The notes beneath the pieces are model-generated. The model had not been told where the DNA came from and did not search any database. It was given only the letters and a program-made list of their open reading frames with translations. The translations under genes were made by a program, and so were the position numbers. A stretch of 64,000 nt of DNA, from assembly GCF_009914755.1 (NCBI RefSeq), contig NC_060937.1, one strand, 5' to 3'. Source of the stretch: the human T2T-CHM13v2.0 reference genome, Homo sapiens. Below are positions 11,815 to 26,576 of the stretch, piece after piece (the first letter of the stretch is position 1; the number at the start of each line of letters is the position of its first letter).

Positions 11815-14640
11815 TCCCAATGTTTTATTATGGGATAGTTCCAACATTAGGGACAAATTACATAGGGTAATATGAACCCACCACCTGGACTGGACAAATA
11901 TTAGCATTCTGCCATATTCGCTTTAGGTAATCATTTTTAGAAGTGAAACATTATGCATAGACCCCTGGTATATCATTCACCAATCCCATTTTCCTCTCCC
12001 CTCGACAGCCTTCTCAATCATGTTTGATACCTTTACCACAATCTATCCTGTTGTTTAATAAAGATATGTTGTAATACTTTACACAAATGGTATCCCACGG
12101 TGCATATCATGTGTGCCCTTTGTTTCTTTTTTAACTCAACATTGCATTTTCAGATTGATCTGCGTCTGTGCAGGACCAACTGTTGCAGATGCCTCTGTCT
12201 TACTAATTTCTGTGAGTTCTTTACACACGCTGGATGATGAACACTGGTCTGTCATGTGTAAGCAGACCAACTACTGGATAGTACTTTGTACACATATGCC
12301 ATGGATGTATAGCCTGTGTTCACTCGCCAGCCCTCATTGTTCTGATGGGTCACTGTCATAAGGGGGGCAGTGGACACATTCCTGGGGAGACCTTCTTGTG
12401 CAAACATGCAACAAGGTCTCCAGTCTAGAGAGAGGGACTTGCCAGGTGGAGGAACATGCCTGGTTCCAGCTTCACTAGGAGTAGCTAAATGGCTCTCCAA
12501 AGGGTGGAGCCAACGAACCTTCCCTTTAGCATGAGCCTAGCGCTCCCTTGCCCACTGCCAGCTTTGTTACTCTTAGATCCTTAATCTCTGTTAATCTGAT
12601 GACTATAAAGCAAAAGGTTACTTTAATTTTCATTTTCCTGGTAACTGGGGAGAGGCTGCATCTTTTCAGGTCATTGCGTGTCTCGTTTCCTCTTCTGATA
12701 ATTGCGAGTTTGTATCACTTGCCTGGTTTTCACTAAGTTCGTTATACAGTAAACATGCATATGTAAACGTATATATCTTTACTAAAACAATGGGATACAT
12801 TGTGGTAAAGATATCAAACATGATTGATAAGGCTGTCAAGGAGAGAAGATAATGGGATTGGTAACTGACATACCAGGGCTCCACTCTATTCATAAATGTT
12901 TCACTTCTATTTGTCTTTTTGATTTATGTGAGCTCTTTTTATGAGATGGATAACCATCATCTCTCTGTTTTGTTTATAGCAAATATTTCCTCCTGAGTGT
13001 GGCTGGTCTTTTGGCTTTCAGCTTTGTGGCACCTCTTGTTGTATAGAAGCTATTAATCATAACATAGTCAGCTTTATCAAACTTCAGTTTTATGTGGTTT
13101 ATGTTTGTCTGTCTTGCTGGAGAAACTTTTATGGGCCAGGTGCAGTGGCTCACGCCTGTAATTCCAGCACTTTGGGATGCTGAGGCAGGTGGATCACTTG
13201 AAGTCAGGAGTTCAAGACCAGCCTGGCCAACATGGCGAAACCCATCTCTACTAAAAATACAAAAATTAGCCTGCTGTGGTGGCGTGTGCCTGTAATCCCA
13301 GCTAGTCAGGATGCTGAGGCAGGAGAATCACTTGAACCTGGGAAGTGAAGGTTGCAGTGAGCCACTGCACTCCCGTCTGGGCAACAGAGTGAGACTCCAT
13401 CTCAAAAAAGAAAAAAGAAAGAAAGAAAGAAAAAGGAACTTTTCTGTACTTTGACATCATAAAGCTATTTCACTATAGTTTATTCTAAATGTTTTAAAGT
13501 TTTGCATTTCATATGTAGGACTTTAACCCATCTGAACTTTATTCCTGGTGCAGTGTTAGATAATAATATGAATATTTTACCTCTCTGTCAGTGACATTTG
13601 ACCAACGAACAGTTGTTCCTGTTGATGTATGGATCCCTGTGGTGCGTACCGGGTTTCCACTCTGTGCAGGTCTGCTTTTGCCTTTCTGTTCTGTTCTGCT
13701 GATCTGTTTATTCTTGAATAGTCTCTATCAAAACTCTAGAGGAAATCTCTTGGTATTTGGTAGAGAAAACATATCTACCCTCTGCTTCTTCTTCAAACCT
13801 GTCTTCACCATCCTGGGTCCTTTACTATTCCATGCGAAGGGGTAATCCATCTTATCAGGTGCCATGAGAAAACGCTGCTAGGATTTTAATGAAATTGCAT
13901 TTAATTTATTGATTATTTTAGAGGAGAGCTGAACATTTGAAACTGAGTTTTTGTATTCATGATGTAGCCTTCCAATTAGTTAAATCTTCATCTATAGCCC
14001 TCAAAAAAATTGTATTAGTTTCTCATTTAAAATGTCCCACATCTTTATTATACTTATTTCTAAATACCTTAGAGTTTTATTGCTATTGCGAATGGTGTGT
14101 TTTTTCTATTACAGTCTCCTGTTAGTGTTGGCTAGTGCATAGCAGTGCTGTGGATTTTTATATCTTCTTATATTAAACCTCATTAGCTCTCATTGTAAAG
14201 TCTTAAAAATTTTTGTATGCAGAAAGTTATATTGTCTACACCAAAAATATGAAAATTTATGTCTCCTCCTTTCCAATCCTCACTCCTCTTTTTCCATCTT
14301 GTCTTGCAACGTTGGCTGGATCATCAGACCATGCTGAGTGATGGCTATGAGAGAGTCAACTCCCTGCTTTCCACTTTAATGGGACTGCATCTGGAGTTTC
14401 ATGGGAAGCTTGAGCTTTGATACAGGCTGGCTGTGGCTGCGTTTTATCAGGCTAAGGTCATCCTTGTAGCTCTTGTTATCTAAGAGCCTCTGCTGGGAAG
14501 GAGGGTAAAATAAACCCAGGCTATATCCTCTGAGATGATGGTAAGTTTATCTCCTGAGACTTGTTGATGAGGCTGACAATAAAAGTGGATTGCCTAGAGA
14601 TACTTTATGCTTATGTTCCCAGGACAAAGCCCGTCATAAC
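11815..14640 (-). mobile_element. Ancient L1 (L1ME-like) 3' UTR/ORF2 fragments, antisense
   Basis: T-rich, highly diverged antisense L1 motifs (e.g. ggattttaatgaaattgcatttaatttattgatt, gggactgcatctggagtttcatggg); interrupted by an Alu. Confidence 0.7.
13134..13434 (+). mobile_element. AluS (AluSx-like)
   Basis: Both monomers with GGCCAGGTGCAGTGGCTCACGCC start and an A/AAAG tail; small deletion in the right arm. Confidence 0.95.
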
Positions 14641-14735
14641 TGATTCTGCAGCCGGTTCCCCATCCTCACCCCTGGTGTGACCAGCCAGCCTGGCCATGTG
14701 CCCACCCTCTGCTGACCACTGGCTCTTGTTGATGA

Positions 14736-15108
<373 letters not shown>

Positions 15109-16152
15109 GCCATTATCCAGGTATCTATTATCAAAGAGCCTCCCACAGGGGGGTAGTTCCATCAAAAGTAGTAACCAACCCAGGGAATAAGTGTATGTAT
15201 TTCTCTCCAGAGCAAAAAGGTTGATGTATACACATCTGTTCCACCAAATAGGCAATCTGGTGACTGTTGGGCTAACCGTCCAGGGATCTGAGGGCCTCTC
15301 TGGGTTCTCCAAGTGCACTCCTCCCCCAATGCCAGGATTCAGGGACTGCCTCCTGAGTGGCTCTCATCCACTCTGTCTCTAGGACGATGCACCCACAGCA
15401 CCATCGGCCCAGCACAGCACCCCCTGCGTTCCTTGCTGCCCTCCAATTGCTCGGGTGTCCCAGATGATGGGTGCAGCCTAGCAGTGGGGTGGGCAGGGCC
15501 GTGACTGGGCTTCTCGCATCTCTTGTGTTAAATTTCTTTCTTCTGCTCAATGCTTCCCACCCTGAAAGAAAAAGGTATGCTCCAGGGCAGAGGATGAGAG
15601 GTGAATTCTCACATTGAAGTTAGGGGTACCATTGACGGGCAGCGGTCAGACACAGCTGCGGGTCAGCAGCGCTTAAAAAGGGTTTGAGAGTCGTGAGGCT
15701 CAGGATGGCATCTGAGGCCACAGGAGCATATCTCACTCACTCACACGCCTGCCACGGGGCTGAGGGTGAGCTGATGAAGGAGGAAAGGAAGGAGGAGCTG
15801 ACAAATAAATTGCTTTTAAAATGACTTACAATGTTGTGATTCAGTGGTTATTCCCTGAGCCTCCCCTCACCTGCTCCTGACACCGGGACTCGCCGCAGAG
15901 GTGTCTGGACCATGGTCCGGGGGGCGGCTCTGAGCGTCCCCTCTGAGCATCCCTCGGTGTCTCCTTTAGCCATTCTCCTTACTCTGCTCCACTGGTCCCT
16001 GACCAGTCACTGCTGTGAGAGAGAAAAGCTATCCCTTTATGTCACTTCGTTGCAGACTTTGTGACTCGCAAAATATTAACTGACTGATGTTTAGAGACAC
16101 TTCATCCTTGGCAGAATCGGAGGCACAACTTCCCTTGAAAAGCTCCAGAGGT

Positions 16153-16564
<412 letters not shown>

Positions 16565-16821
16565 TTAAATCGTGGAAGAGGGATGCTGGAAGCATGGCTT
16601 TATCCCTCCCTTCTCAAATCAACCTACCTACCTCTTCTGAAATGGATGCTGGCTACTGGGTGGGCTGAGTCCTCCCTGCTCCAGACAGGTGGCAGTAGAA
16701 AGAGGTTGAGAGTGGCAGCAACTCGGAAGACTTACAAGGCTTACTCCTAAATATGTAGATTGCCTAGTGATAATGTAGATTGCCTAGTGACAAAAGTATC
16801 ATTAGGCAATCTACATTAGAC

Positions 16822-17462
<641 letters not shown>

Positions 17463-17888
17463 AATGGAAATTCTGGAGATTAAAAGTATAGTGATTAAAG
17501 TAGAAAATTTACTAGAGAGGTTTGACGGTAGATTTGAATTGGCAGAAGAGGTAATGAACTAATTTAATGATAAATAAATACAGAGTATTCAATTTGAAGA
17601 ACAGATAGATAGAAAAAAACTAACAGAGCTTCAGTGAAATGTGGAACACCACTAAGCACCCCAACCTACATGTATTGGGAGTGCCAGAAGGGAGGAGAAA
17701 TAGAAGGAGACAGGAAAAGTACTCGAAGAAATAATGGCTAAAAACTTTCCAAATCTGATGAAAAATACTAGCCTCACATCCAGGAAGCTCAATACTGCAA
17801 GTGGGATAAAAACAAAGAGAAACACCCAAACACATCATAATCAAAACATTAAAGACAAACACAAACAGAAAATTTTGAAAGCAGTTGA

Positions 17889-19080
17889 TGACAGAAAAAT
17901 CCAAATTTTGCCAAAATATATTTAAAGAGGTTTATTCTGGGCTAATATGTGTGACTATGGCCCAGGTTACACAATCTCAAGAGGTCCTGAGAAAGTGTAC
18001 CTGAGGTGGTGGGGTTATAATTTGGTTTTGTGTTGGGAACAACACCCACACTGAAGGTTGTGGGTTTACCGGAATGAGGGCAAGGAACACCTGTCCCACC
18101 CAGGGCGGAAAACCACTTAAGGCATTAGTGATCTGTGCCTTAAGGGCATGTTCCTGCTGCAGATAACTAGCCAGAGCCCATCCCTTTGTTTCCTGTTTTA
18201 GTTAATCTATAATCTATAGAAACAATGCTTATCACTGGCTTGCTGTCAATAAATATGTGGGTAAAACTCTGTTCATGGCTCTCAGCTCAGAAGGCTGTCA
18301 GCCCCCTGATTTCCCACTTCACACTTTATATTTCTGTGTGTGTGTCTTTAATTCTTCTAGTACTGCTGGGTTAGGTTCTCCATGACTGAGCTGGCCTTGG
18401 CAGTTTTACAGATTTCAGGGAGACAGGAATTGCAGGTAAAATAATAAATTGATATGAGAAGGGTGCACATTGGTTTGGCCAGAACAGGTGGGACTTCTCA
18501 AAGCGGGGGCTTACAAGTCATAGGTGGGTTTAGGGGATTCTTCAGTTGCCAGTTGGTTGAGACAGTTAAGCTATTGTCTAAGGACTTGAAATCAGTAGAA
18601 AGGAAGGCCTGAGTTAAGATTAGGAAGTTTTGGAGGCTGAGGTTATTGTGTAGATGAAGCCTCATGGGTGGCAGCTCTCAGAGCTATAATAGTTGGTGAA
18701 TGACTCTTTTCAGACTTTAAAGGTGTCAGGCTCTCAGTTAATCTCTCCTAGAGCTGAGAAAGCCTGGAAGGGAAAATACCTGGTTACATTCATGGAGATT
18801 TTCTATAGCTGCAAATTTTCCCCATAAAAGGTGGCTTTGCAGGGTCATTTTAATCTGTTGGCACTATGGCAGCCATTTCAAGGTATGTTTAAAAAATATA
18901 TTTTGTGGTAAAATACTTTTATTAATATTTCCTTTAGAGTCTGCTACTTGTCATGTGATATTATACCAAAGTCAAGTGGAAAGCAAGCCACATTTAATAA
19001 AAACCTGTCTGATGAGATTTTTATGGTTTGTAGAGCATGACTCCCCAGTCCCCTTAGATAGGAATTTGGGCAAGAGAAAA
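17889..19080 (-). mobile_element. MER4-group ERV1 LTR inserted in L1 ORF1
   Basis: aagaggtttattctg...ctcaagaggtcctgagaa and ...ccttagataggaatttgggcaag MER4-family motifs; split by MER9. Confidence 0.75.
18031..18402 (+). mobile_element. MER9 (HERV-K HML-3 LTR), internally deleted solo LTR
   Basis: TGTTGGGAAC start, AATAAA, ...GAGCTGGCCTTGGCA end; 6-bp TSD GTTTTG/GTTTTA. Confidence 0.85.
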
Positions 19081-20465
19081 AAACAAAAAAACAATTCATG
19101 CAAAGGGACACCAATAAGATTAACAACTAACTTCATCAGAAATAATAGAAGCCAGATGGCAATGGAATGAAGTAGTGTTGAAAGACAAAACACTGTCAAC
19201 CAAAAATCTTATTTCCAGCAAAACCATCTTGAAATATAAAGGTGAAATAAAGACATTCCCAGATAAAAACTGAGATAATTTATTGCCAGCAAATCTGACT
19301 TACAAGAAGTACTAAAGGAAGTTCTTCAGACTGAAAGCAAGCAACACAAGACAGTAATTCAAATCCACACAAATAAACAAAAGTGTCAGTAAAAGTACTT
19401 ATATAGGTAATTACAAAAGACTGCATAATTGCACACTTTCCCTTTGTTTTCTTGCCTTACTTAAAAAGTAATTACATAAAACAATATATGTAATATACAG
19501 GTGTATTGTTGGGCCTCAAAATGACATCACAAAATGGGGAGAGAATGGAGAAATATAAGGGTAAATATAGCTTTACCCTTATATTCCTCAAGAGTAAACT
19601 AAAACCAAAGCAAACAAAAGGAAGGAAATAAAAAAGATTAGAGTAGAAATAAAGGAAATAAAGAATATAAAAGAATAAAGTCAACAAAATCTACGGTTTT
19701 GTTCTTTTGAACACAGGTTTGGTTCTTTGAAAAGATGAATAAAAGTGACAAATCTTTAGCTATACTGTCCATGAAAAAGAGAGAAGACTCAAACCACTAA
19801 AAGCTATAAGATTACTGACCTTACAGAAATAAAAAGGAGAATAAGAGAATGCTATAAACAACTGTCTGCCACCAAATTATATAATTTATATGAAATAGAC
19901 AAATTCCTGGAAAAAGAAAACTACCACAACTGGTTCAAGATAAAAATAGAAAACCTTAATAGACTTATAACAAGTAAAGAGATTTAATTAGAATTAAAAA
20001 CCAAATTGAAACAAAAGAAAACTTCCCATTAAGAAGAGCCCAGGTCCTAGATTAACCGCCAAATTCTACGAAATGGTCATAGAATTAATATCAATCTATA
20101 AATTCAGTATTAACCTGATATAAAAACCTGACAAAGATATCATAAGGAAAAAAAATAGCTCTGGTGAATTATCTTCTGAATAGAGATGGGAAAATTCTTT
20201 AAAAAAATACTAGTAAACTAAATCCAGCAACATATAAAAAGGATTATGTACCATGACCAAGTAGGATTTATCCCAGGAGCACAAGGTTAACTTATCATTA
20301 AAAATCAATTAATGTAACACACCATATTAATAGAATAAGGGACAAAAGTCATATTATCATCTCAATGCAGAAAAAGTATTTAACAAGCAACATTTTTGTG
20401 ATAAAAAAATTCAACAAACTAGAAATAAAAGGGAACTTCCCCAATCTGATAAAAAGCATGTACAT

Positions 20466-20759
20466 GGCCAGATGTGGTGGCTCACACCTGTAATCCCAGC
20501 ACTTTGGGAGGCTGAGGCAGGCAGATCACGAGGTCAGGAGTTCAAGACCAGCCTGATCATCATGGTGAAACCCTGTCTCTGTGAAAAATACAAAAATTAA
20601 CCAGGCATGGAAGCACCCGCCTGTAATCCCAGCTACTCAAGAGGCCGAGGCAGGAGAACTGCTTGAAGCTGGGACGTGGAGGTTGCAGTAAGCCGAGATC
20701 ATGCCACTGCACTGCAGCCTGGGCAACAGAGTGAGACTCCATCTCGGGGGAAAAAAAAA
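20466..20759 (+). mobile_element. AluS (AluSg-like) inside L1 ORF2
   Basis: Full dimeric Alu with A tail. Confidence 0.95.
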
Positions 20760-23415
20760 TGTACAAAAAACGTACAGCAAACTTCAAACTCAATGGTGGA
20801 AGATTGAAAACATTGCCCTCTATAATCAGGAATAAGACAAGGATGTCTCCTGTTGCCATTTCTATTCGACATTGTATTGGAGTTTCTAGCCAGGACAATT
20901 AGGAAAGGAAATGAAATAAAAGCATTCAGATTAGAAAAGATGATGTAAAACTATCTCTGTTTGCAAATAATATTATTTTGTATGTAAAAACACCTCAAAG
21001 AATCCACAAAATAAAAATTATTAGAGGTAATAAATTGCTTAAACCAATTTGAAGGATATAAGATTAATATATTAAGACAAAAATCAGTGTATTTCTGTAC
21101 ACTAGAAATGAAAACTCTGAAAATAAAATTAGGAGAAAAATACGTTTATAATTGCATTCAAAATATAAAATACTTAAGTATAAACAAAATAAGTGTAAAC
21201 CTTGTACACTGAAAACTATAAACATTGTTGAAAGAAACTGAAAACAATCAAAATTAATGGAGACATACTATCTTCATGGGTCAGAAGATTTAATATTGTT
21301 AAAATGACAGTACTGCCCAAATCAACCTGCAGAGTCATCTCAATCCCTATCAAAATCCCAACTGACTGTTTTATAGAAATTGACAAACTGACTCTAAAAT
21401 TCATATGAAAACACAAGAGACTCGGAATAGCAAGGAAAACAAATTGAAAAGAAAGGATAAAGTTGAAAGACTCACACTTCCTGATTTCAAAACTTACTAC
21501 AAAGTGACAGTAATTGAGACAATGTGATACTGTCATGAAGACAGACATACAAATCAATAGAATAGAATTCAGAGTCCAGAAATTAACCTATTCATTCATC
21601 GTCAATTGGTTTTCAACAAGCTGCTGAGACAGTTAAGTGGGGGAAAGAAGTGTCTTTTCAATAAATGGCTTTGAACAGCTGTATTTCCATATGCAAAATA
21701 ATGAATAACTTCTAACTGATACCATACACAAAAATTAAAACTCAAAATGGATTATAGACCTCACCGTCTATGAGATTAAAGAGTTAAAACTACAAAACTC
21801 TTAGAAGAAAACATAAAAGTCAATCTTCATGACCTTGGGTTAGGCAATGGTTTCTTAAATAGGACACCAAGAGCACAAAAACATCATCCAAAAACAGATA
21901 AACTGGGCCAATCAAAATTTAAACTTTTATGCTGCAAATAATACCACCAAGAAAGCAAAAGTCCACCACCATAGAATTGGAGAAAATATTTTCAAATCAT
22001 ATATCTGGTAGAAGTCTTATATCCACTATATATTTACAAATTCTTATAGCTCAATAACAAAAAGACAAAAAATACTATTTAAAGGGGGACAAAGGACTTA
22101 AATAGACATTTCTTCAAAGTAAATATACAAAAGGCCAATAAGCACATGAAAAGCTGCGCAATATCTTTCCTTATCAGGAAAGTACAAAGCAAAACCACAA
22201 CCAGATTCTACTCCACATCCTGAGGACGCCTAGGATCAAGAAGACAGATAATGACAGCTGCAGATGAGGATGTGAAGGAACTGGAAGCCTGTTTTGCTGA
22301 TGGGGTTGCAACATGCTGCAGCTGCTTTGGAAACAGGTTGGCGATTTCTTATAATGTTAAACATAGATTTACAATATGACCTGGTAATTCCACTCTTAAG
22401 TGTATATACCCAAAATAAATGAAAACACATGTCCACAATTTTACATGCAAATTTTCATAGCAGCACTATTCATAATAGACAAAAATTGAAATAACTCAAA
22501 TATTCATCAACTGATAAATAAATAAAACGCATTATATCAGTACAAAGAAATATTATTTGGCAATGAAAAGGAAATAAAATACTGATACATTCCACAAAAT
22601 GTTGACAGGGATGAACCTTGAAAACACGCTAAGTGCAAGAAGTTGGTAACAAAGAGACACATATTATAGGATTGCATTTGTAATGAAGTGTTTAAAACAG
22701 GCCAATCCATAGAGAGAGAAAATGGATTAGAATTTGCTTAGAGCTGGGAAGTGGGCAGAGAGGAATATGAGTGACTGTTAATGGATAAAGGTTTTCTTTT
22801 ATGAGAAACAAAAATGTTCTAAAGTTAGATTATGATGATGGTTGCACAACCCTGTGAATATACTGAAACACATCAATTTGTACTCTTTAGGTGACCCACA
22901 TGGTATGCAAATTGTATCTCCATGATACTGTTTCTTTTTAAAAAAAACATCACCAGGTTTAAACAGGTCAAGGCTGGCTTTCTCTATATAATAGTACAAA
23001 TAATTTCAGTGTTCTTTTGAATATTCTGGGACATGGGAAAAGATGGGAAATTTTAATTGTATAAGTGAAACTTTAATTGTATAATTAAAAAAGAACAGAA
23101 AAAGATAACCATAAACTGACTCACAATATACATGCAAAAAGAATCTGAATAAAATATTAGCAAATAGAATCCAGAAATATATTTCTAAAAATCCGCTATG
23201 ACCAAGTATTATGAATTGTTTTTCAGGAATGCAAGGTAGTTCAATACCAAGAAACTAGCTACAAAATTTAGTATATCCATCGACCATATGATCCCATCAA
23301 TAGACACAGAAAAAGCATTTGGGAAAACTCAGCAATCGGTCCTGCAAAAAAAGTCTTGAGAAAAGTAATACTAAAAAGAAACTACCACAAAAGAGATCTC
23401 AAAACCCGGCAGCAA

Positions 23416-23976
23416 TTTGCAGGGGAATGGCTCTCCCGTGGTGCCTCTACCACGTTGCACCTCTCCTTACAGGCCTCCTAGAGGAGGCTTGGCCACAGTC
23501 TAAGCTGAGTCCTGGGCATGATTCCTCCTGAAGCAAGGGGAGATTAGCCTGGGGAGGAGTCAGTGAGGGCAGCCCCCGATCCGCATGAGAATGCCTCCAA
23601 GGGTTGCTCATCCATCTCCCCAGTTTCCATTGAGCACAAAGCTCTTCCTCACCACTCCCCTGTCCTGTGGAGCTGCCGGCTTCCGTGTAGTCTGTGCAAA
23701 TGCTTGGCTGTAGTTCAGAGAGGACTCCTCAATGGCAGAGTGACCCACCACTCAAGCCGGCCATCACCTGACCTTTCTGTTTCAGTCGACCTGTGGAGTA
23801 GGGGCCCAGGGACCTGACACCGCACTGCTCATGGCTTTGCTGTCTGTGTGAGTCATAAACTGTCTTGATTCCTCTTGGGCGCACTGTCTTCTTGGCAGCC
23901 AGGTCTATGGGAATGAAGCCTGCTGACCTCACAGCTGCAGCCATGCTCCCTTTAGGGATGACTTGGCCATCTGACA
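23416..23976 (+). mobile_element. ERVL-class LTR (MER74/MER73-like)
   Basis: GC-richer insert splitting the L1 fragment; ends ...gcagccatgctccctttagggatgacttggccatctgaca, resembling the MER74-type 3' end. Confidence 0.45.
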
Positions 23977-24344
23977 CAGATGATATCCAAATCATGAAAC
24001 ACCAAACTAATACAATTAAAACCAGAACTTAGCCTGCGAGGCCCACTATTCTTATTTGATATTGCACTGAGGGTTCAAGCAGATGCAAATGGCCAAGAAA
24101 ATAAAACATATAGTTTAAGCATTGGAAAAGATATAGCTATTAGTTTTTACAACCCAGATATTGTATGAAAAATTAGAATTAAAAAGAAAATGTGATAGGA
24201 TGAGACAATGTCATATAATTATGCAGAAACCAATGCATTATCTCTTTTCAAATGATAGGCATCTAGAAACGGAAAGGGGAAGAATCAGTCTGTTCACAAC
24301 AGTGACAAAACCGTGAGCTACTTAGGGATCAGAGGAACAGGACC

Positions 24345-24793
24345 CAGGAACTGTGTGCCTGGCATCTGCTCACAGCCACTCAGAGCCATTTTCTGTCCCG
24401 CCCTGCTCCATACTCTAGTCTCCCTTCCCCTCTGTCTTCCAGCAGATTTGGTCAATGGGTGGTGCTGACCCAAGATTGAAGAGTGGGATGAAAGGATACA
24501 TGAGGCCCTCCTCTCCCTCTCTCTGTTCCAGTGGCACCTCCAGCTGCAGCTGGGTCTCCTCGGTGGTTGTGGGCTCCCACCTGAAAGCCCCTTTCTCCAT
24601 GGTCCCAGATGGGGCTGAAGTCTTAATATGATTAGAGCATGCTCCACACTGACCCTCCAGGCCCAGCCCTGGGGTAGAAGTATCCTCACCACCATACAGA
24701 TTAACCCCTACAACCAGTTCCTTGCATTAAATTCCCTGTGCTTGAAAGATTTGGAGAGATTTCTGGTTTCCAGGTCAAAGCCTGATTGATACA
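24345..24793 (+). mobile_element. ERVL LTR (LTR33-like)
   Basis: 3' end attaaattccctgtgcttgaaa...tttctggtttcc...cctgattgataca. Confidence 0.6.
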
Positions 24794-25426
24794 ATCCCTA
24801 CGGAAAAACATGATAAAATCTTATTTAAAGACACAAAACAGACACATTTTTCTGGATAAGAACTTTCAATTTAAAAATGTCAATTTTCCTGAAATTTATC
24901 TTTAAGTTGAATGCCATTTCATTAGATTCCCAACAGAGTTTTAGGGGTTTTGGTGTGGTCTTGGTGGGTAGAATTAACGTTGACATTTTTATGGGAGGAT
25001 AAATACTCATGCAAGATGAGACAACCCTGCCACTGTACACACATTGACAACACACCACGGGATGGGACAGAAAACCAGAAAATGGCCTCAGGATAAGCAA
25101 GAAGGTAGACCAAGCTTCATTTGTTTCAGGGTAAAAGGAAGCACCATTTAATTAATGGGACTAGCACACCCAGCGGCAAGCTAGAAGAAAATAAAAGTGG
25201 ATCCACTCCTTCATCTTAATCAGAAATAAATTCTAAGTGGATGAAAGACTTAAATGTAAAAGAAAGTAAAACAAAATAAAAATACTGCAAGAAAATCTAG
25301 AAGACCATGCCATCTAGGGTAAGGATTCCTCATTAAGCAAGACTGAAAACTCAGAAATTCTTAGAAGAAAGTATAAATATGCTGGACTATAAAACAATTT
25401 AAAACTCATCTATGCAGAGATACCTA

Positions 25427-26005
<579 letters not shown>

Positions 26006-26199
26006 TCACTTAAAACCCACCTGACTGGCAAATTAAAAGAAAAGGGCAGCGCGACGGATTTGGGGAGAGAATTTGAAGAAGAGAGAGCGTGCATCACTAC
26101 TGCTGGGAAACAGACATTCTGCGGCATTTTTGGAAGGTTATCTAGGAATGTCAGTTCAAAGAAACACCATCTATGCTTTTTAACCTCCAAATCCCATTT

Positions 26200-26387
26200 T
26201 GTAGTATCTGCTTGGGCAGCCACAGCACAGCAGCGCAGATGGCGCCTTACACGGCAGGAAGAGATTCTCTCATGCTCCTGGCAGCTGAAGGTCTGAGGTC
26301 AAGGCGTCCGCAGGGCTGCTTTCTCCTGAGGCCTCCCTCCTGGGCATGTGACGTGGTCTTTTCCCTGGGTCCTCACATGGTTGTTCA

Positions 26388-26420
<33 letters not shown>

Positions 26421-26576
26421 ACGCGCGTGTGTGCACACACTTGTGTGCTAATCACCTGTTCTTTTAGGGACACTAGTCATCAGGGCCCACCCTAATGAGC
26501 TCATTTTAATTTATTACTTCTTTAGAGACCCCATCTCCAAACTCAAGCACACTCTGCATACCAGGGTGGGGGCTTT
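26200..26576 (-). mobile_element. MLT1 (MLT1B-like) MaLR LTR containing (TG)n at ~26390-26445
   Basis: gtctgaggtcaagg...ctcctgaggcctc...gggcccaccctaatga MLT1 antisense motifs. Confidence 0.8.

Larger units (their letters stand above)
17463..22948 (+). mobile_element. Old L1 (L1MB-like): ORF1 remnant, deleted ORF2 and 3' UTR; non-coding relic
   Basis: A-rich ORF1/ORF2 motifs (e.g. caagtaggatttatcccagga, ctgatttcaaaacttactacaaag) and an L1MB-type 3' end; many stops; interrupted by MER4/MER9 and an Alu. Confidence 0.9.

Noticed and set aside
17463-22948. L1 ORF1/ORF2 as CDS
   Set aside because: Many stops, frameshifts, insertions and a large deletion; inactive relic.
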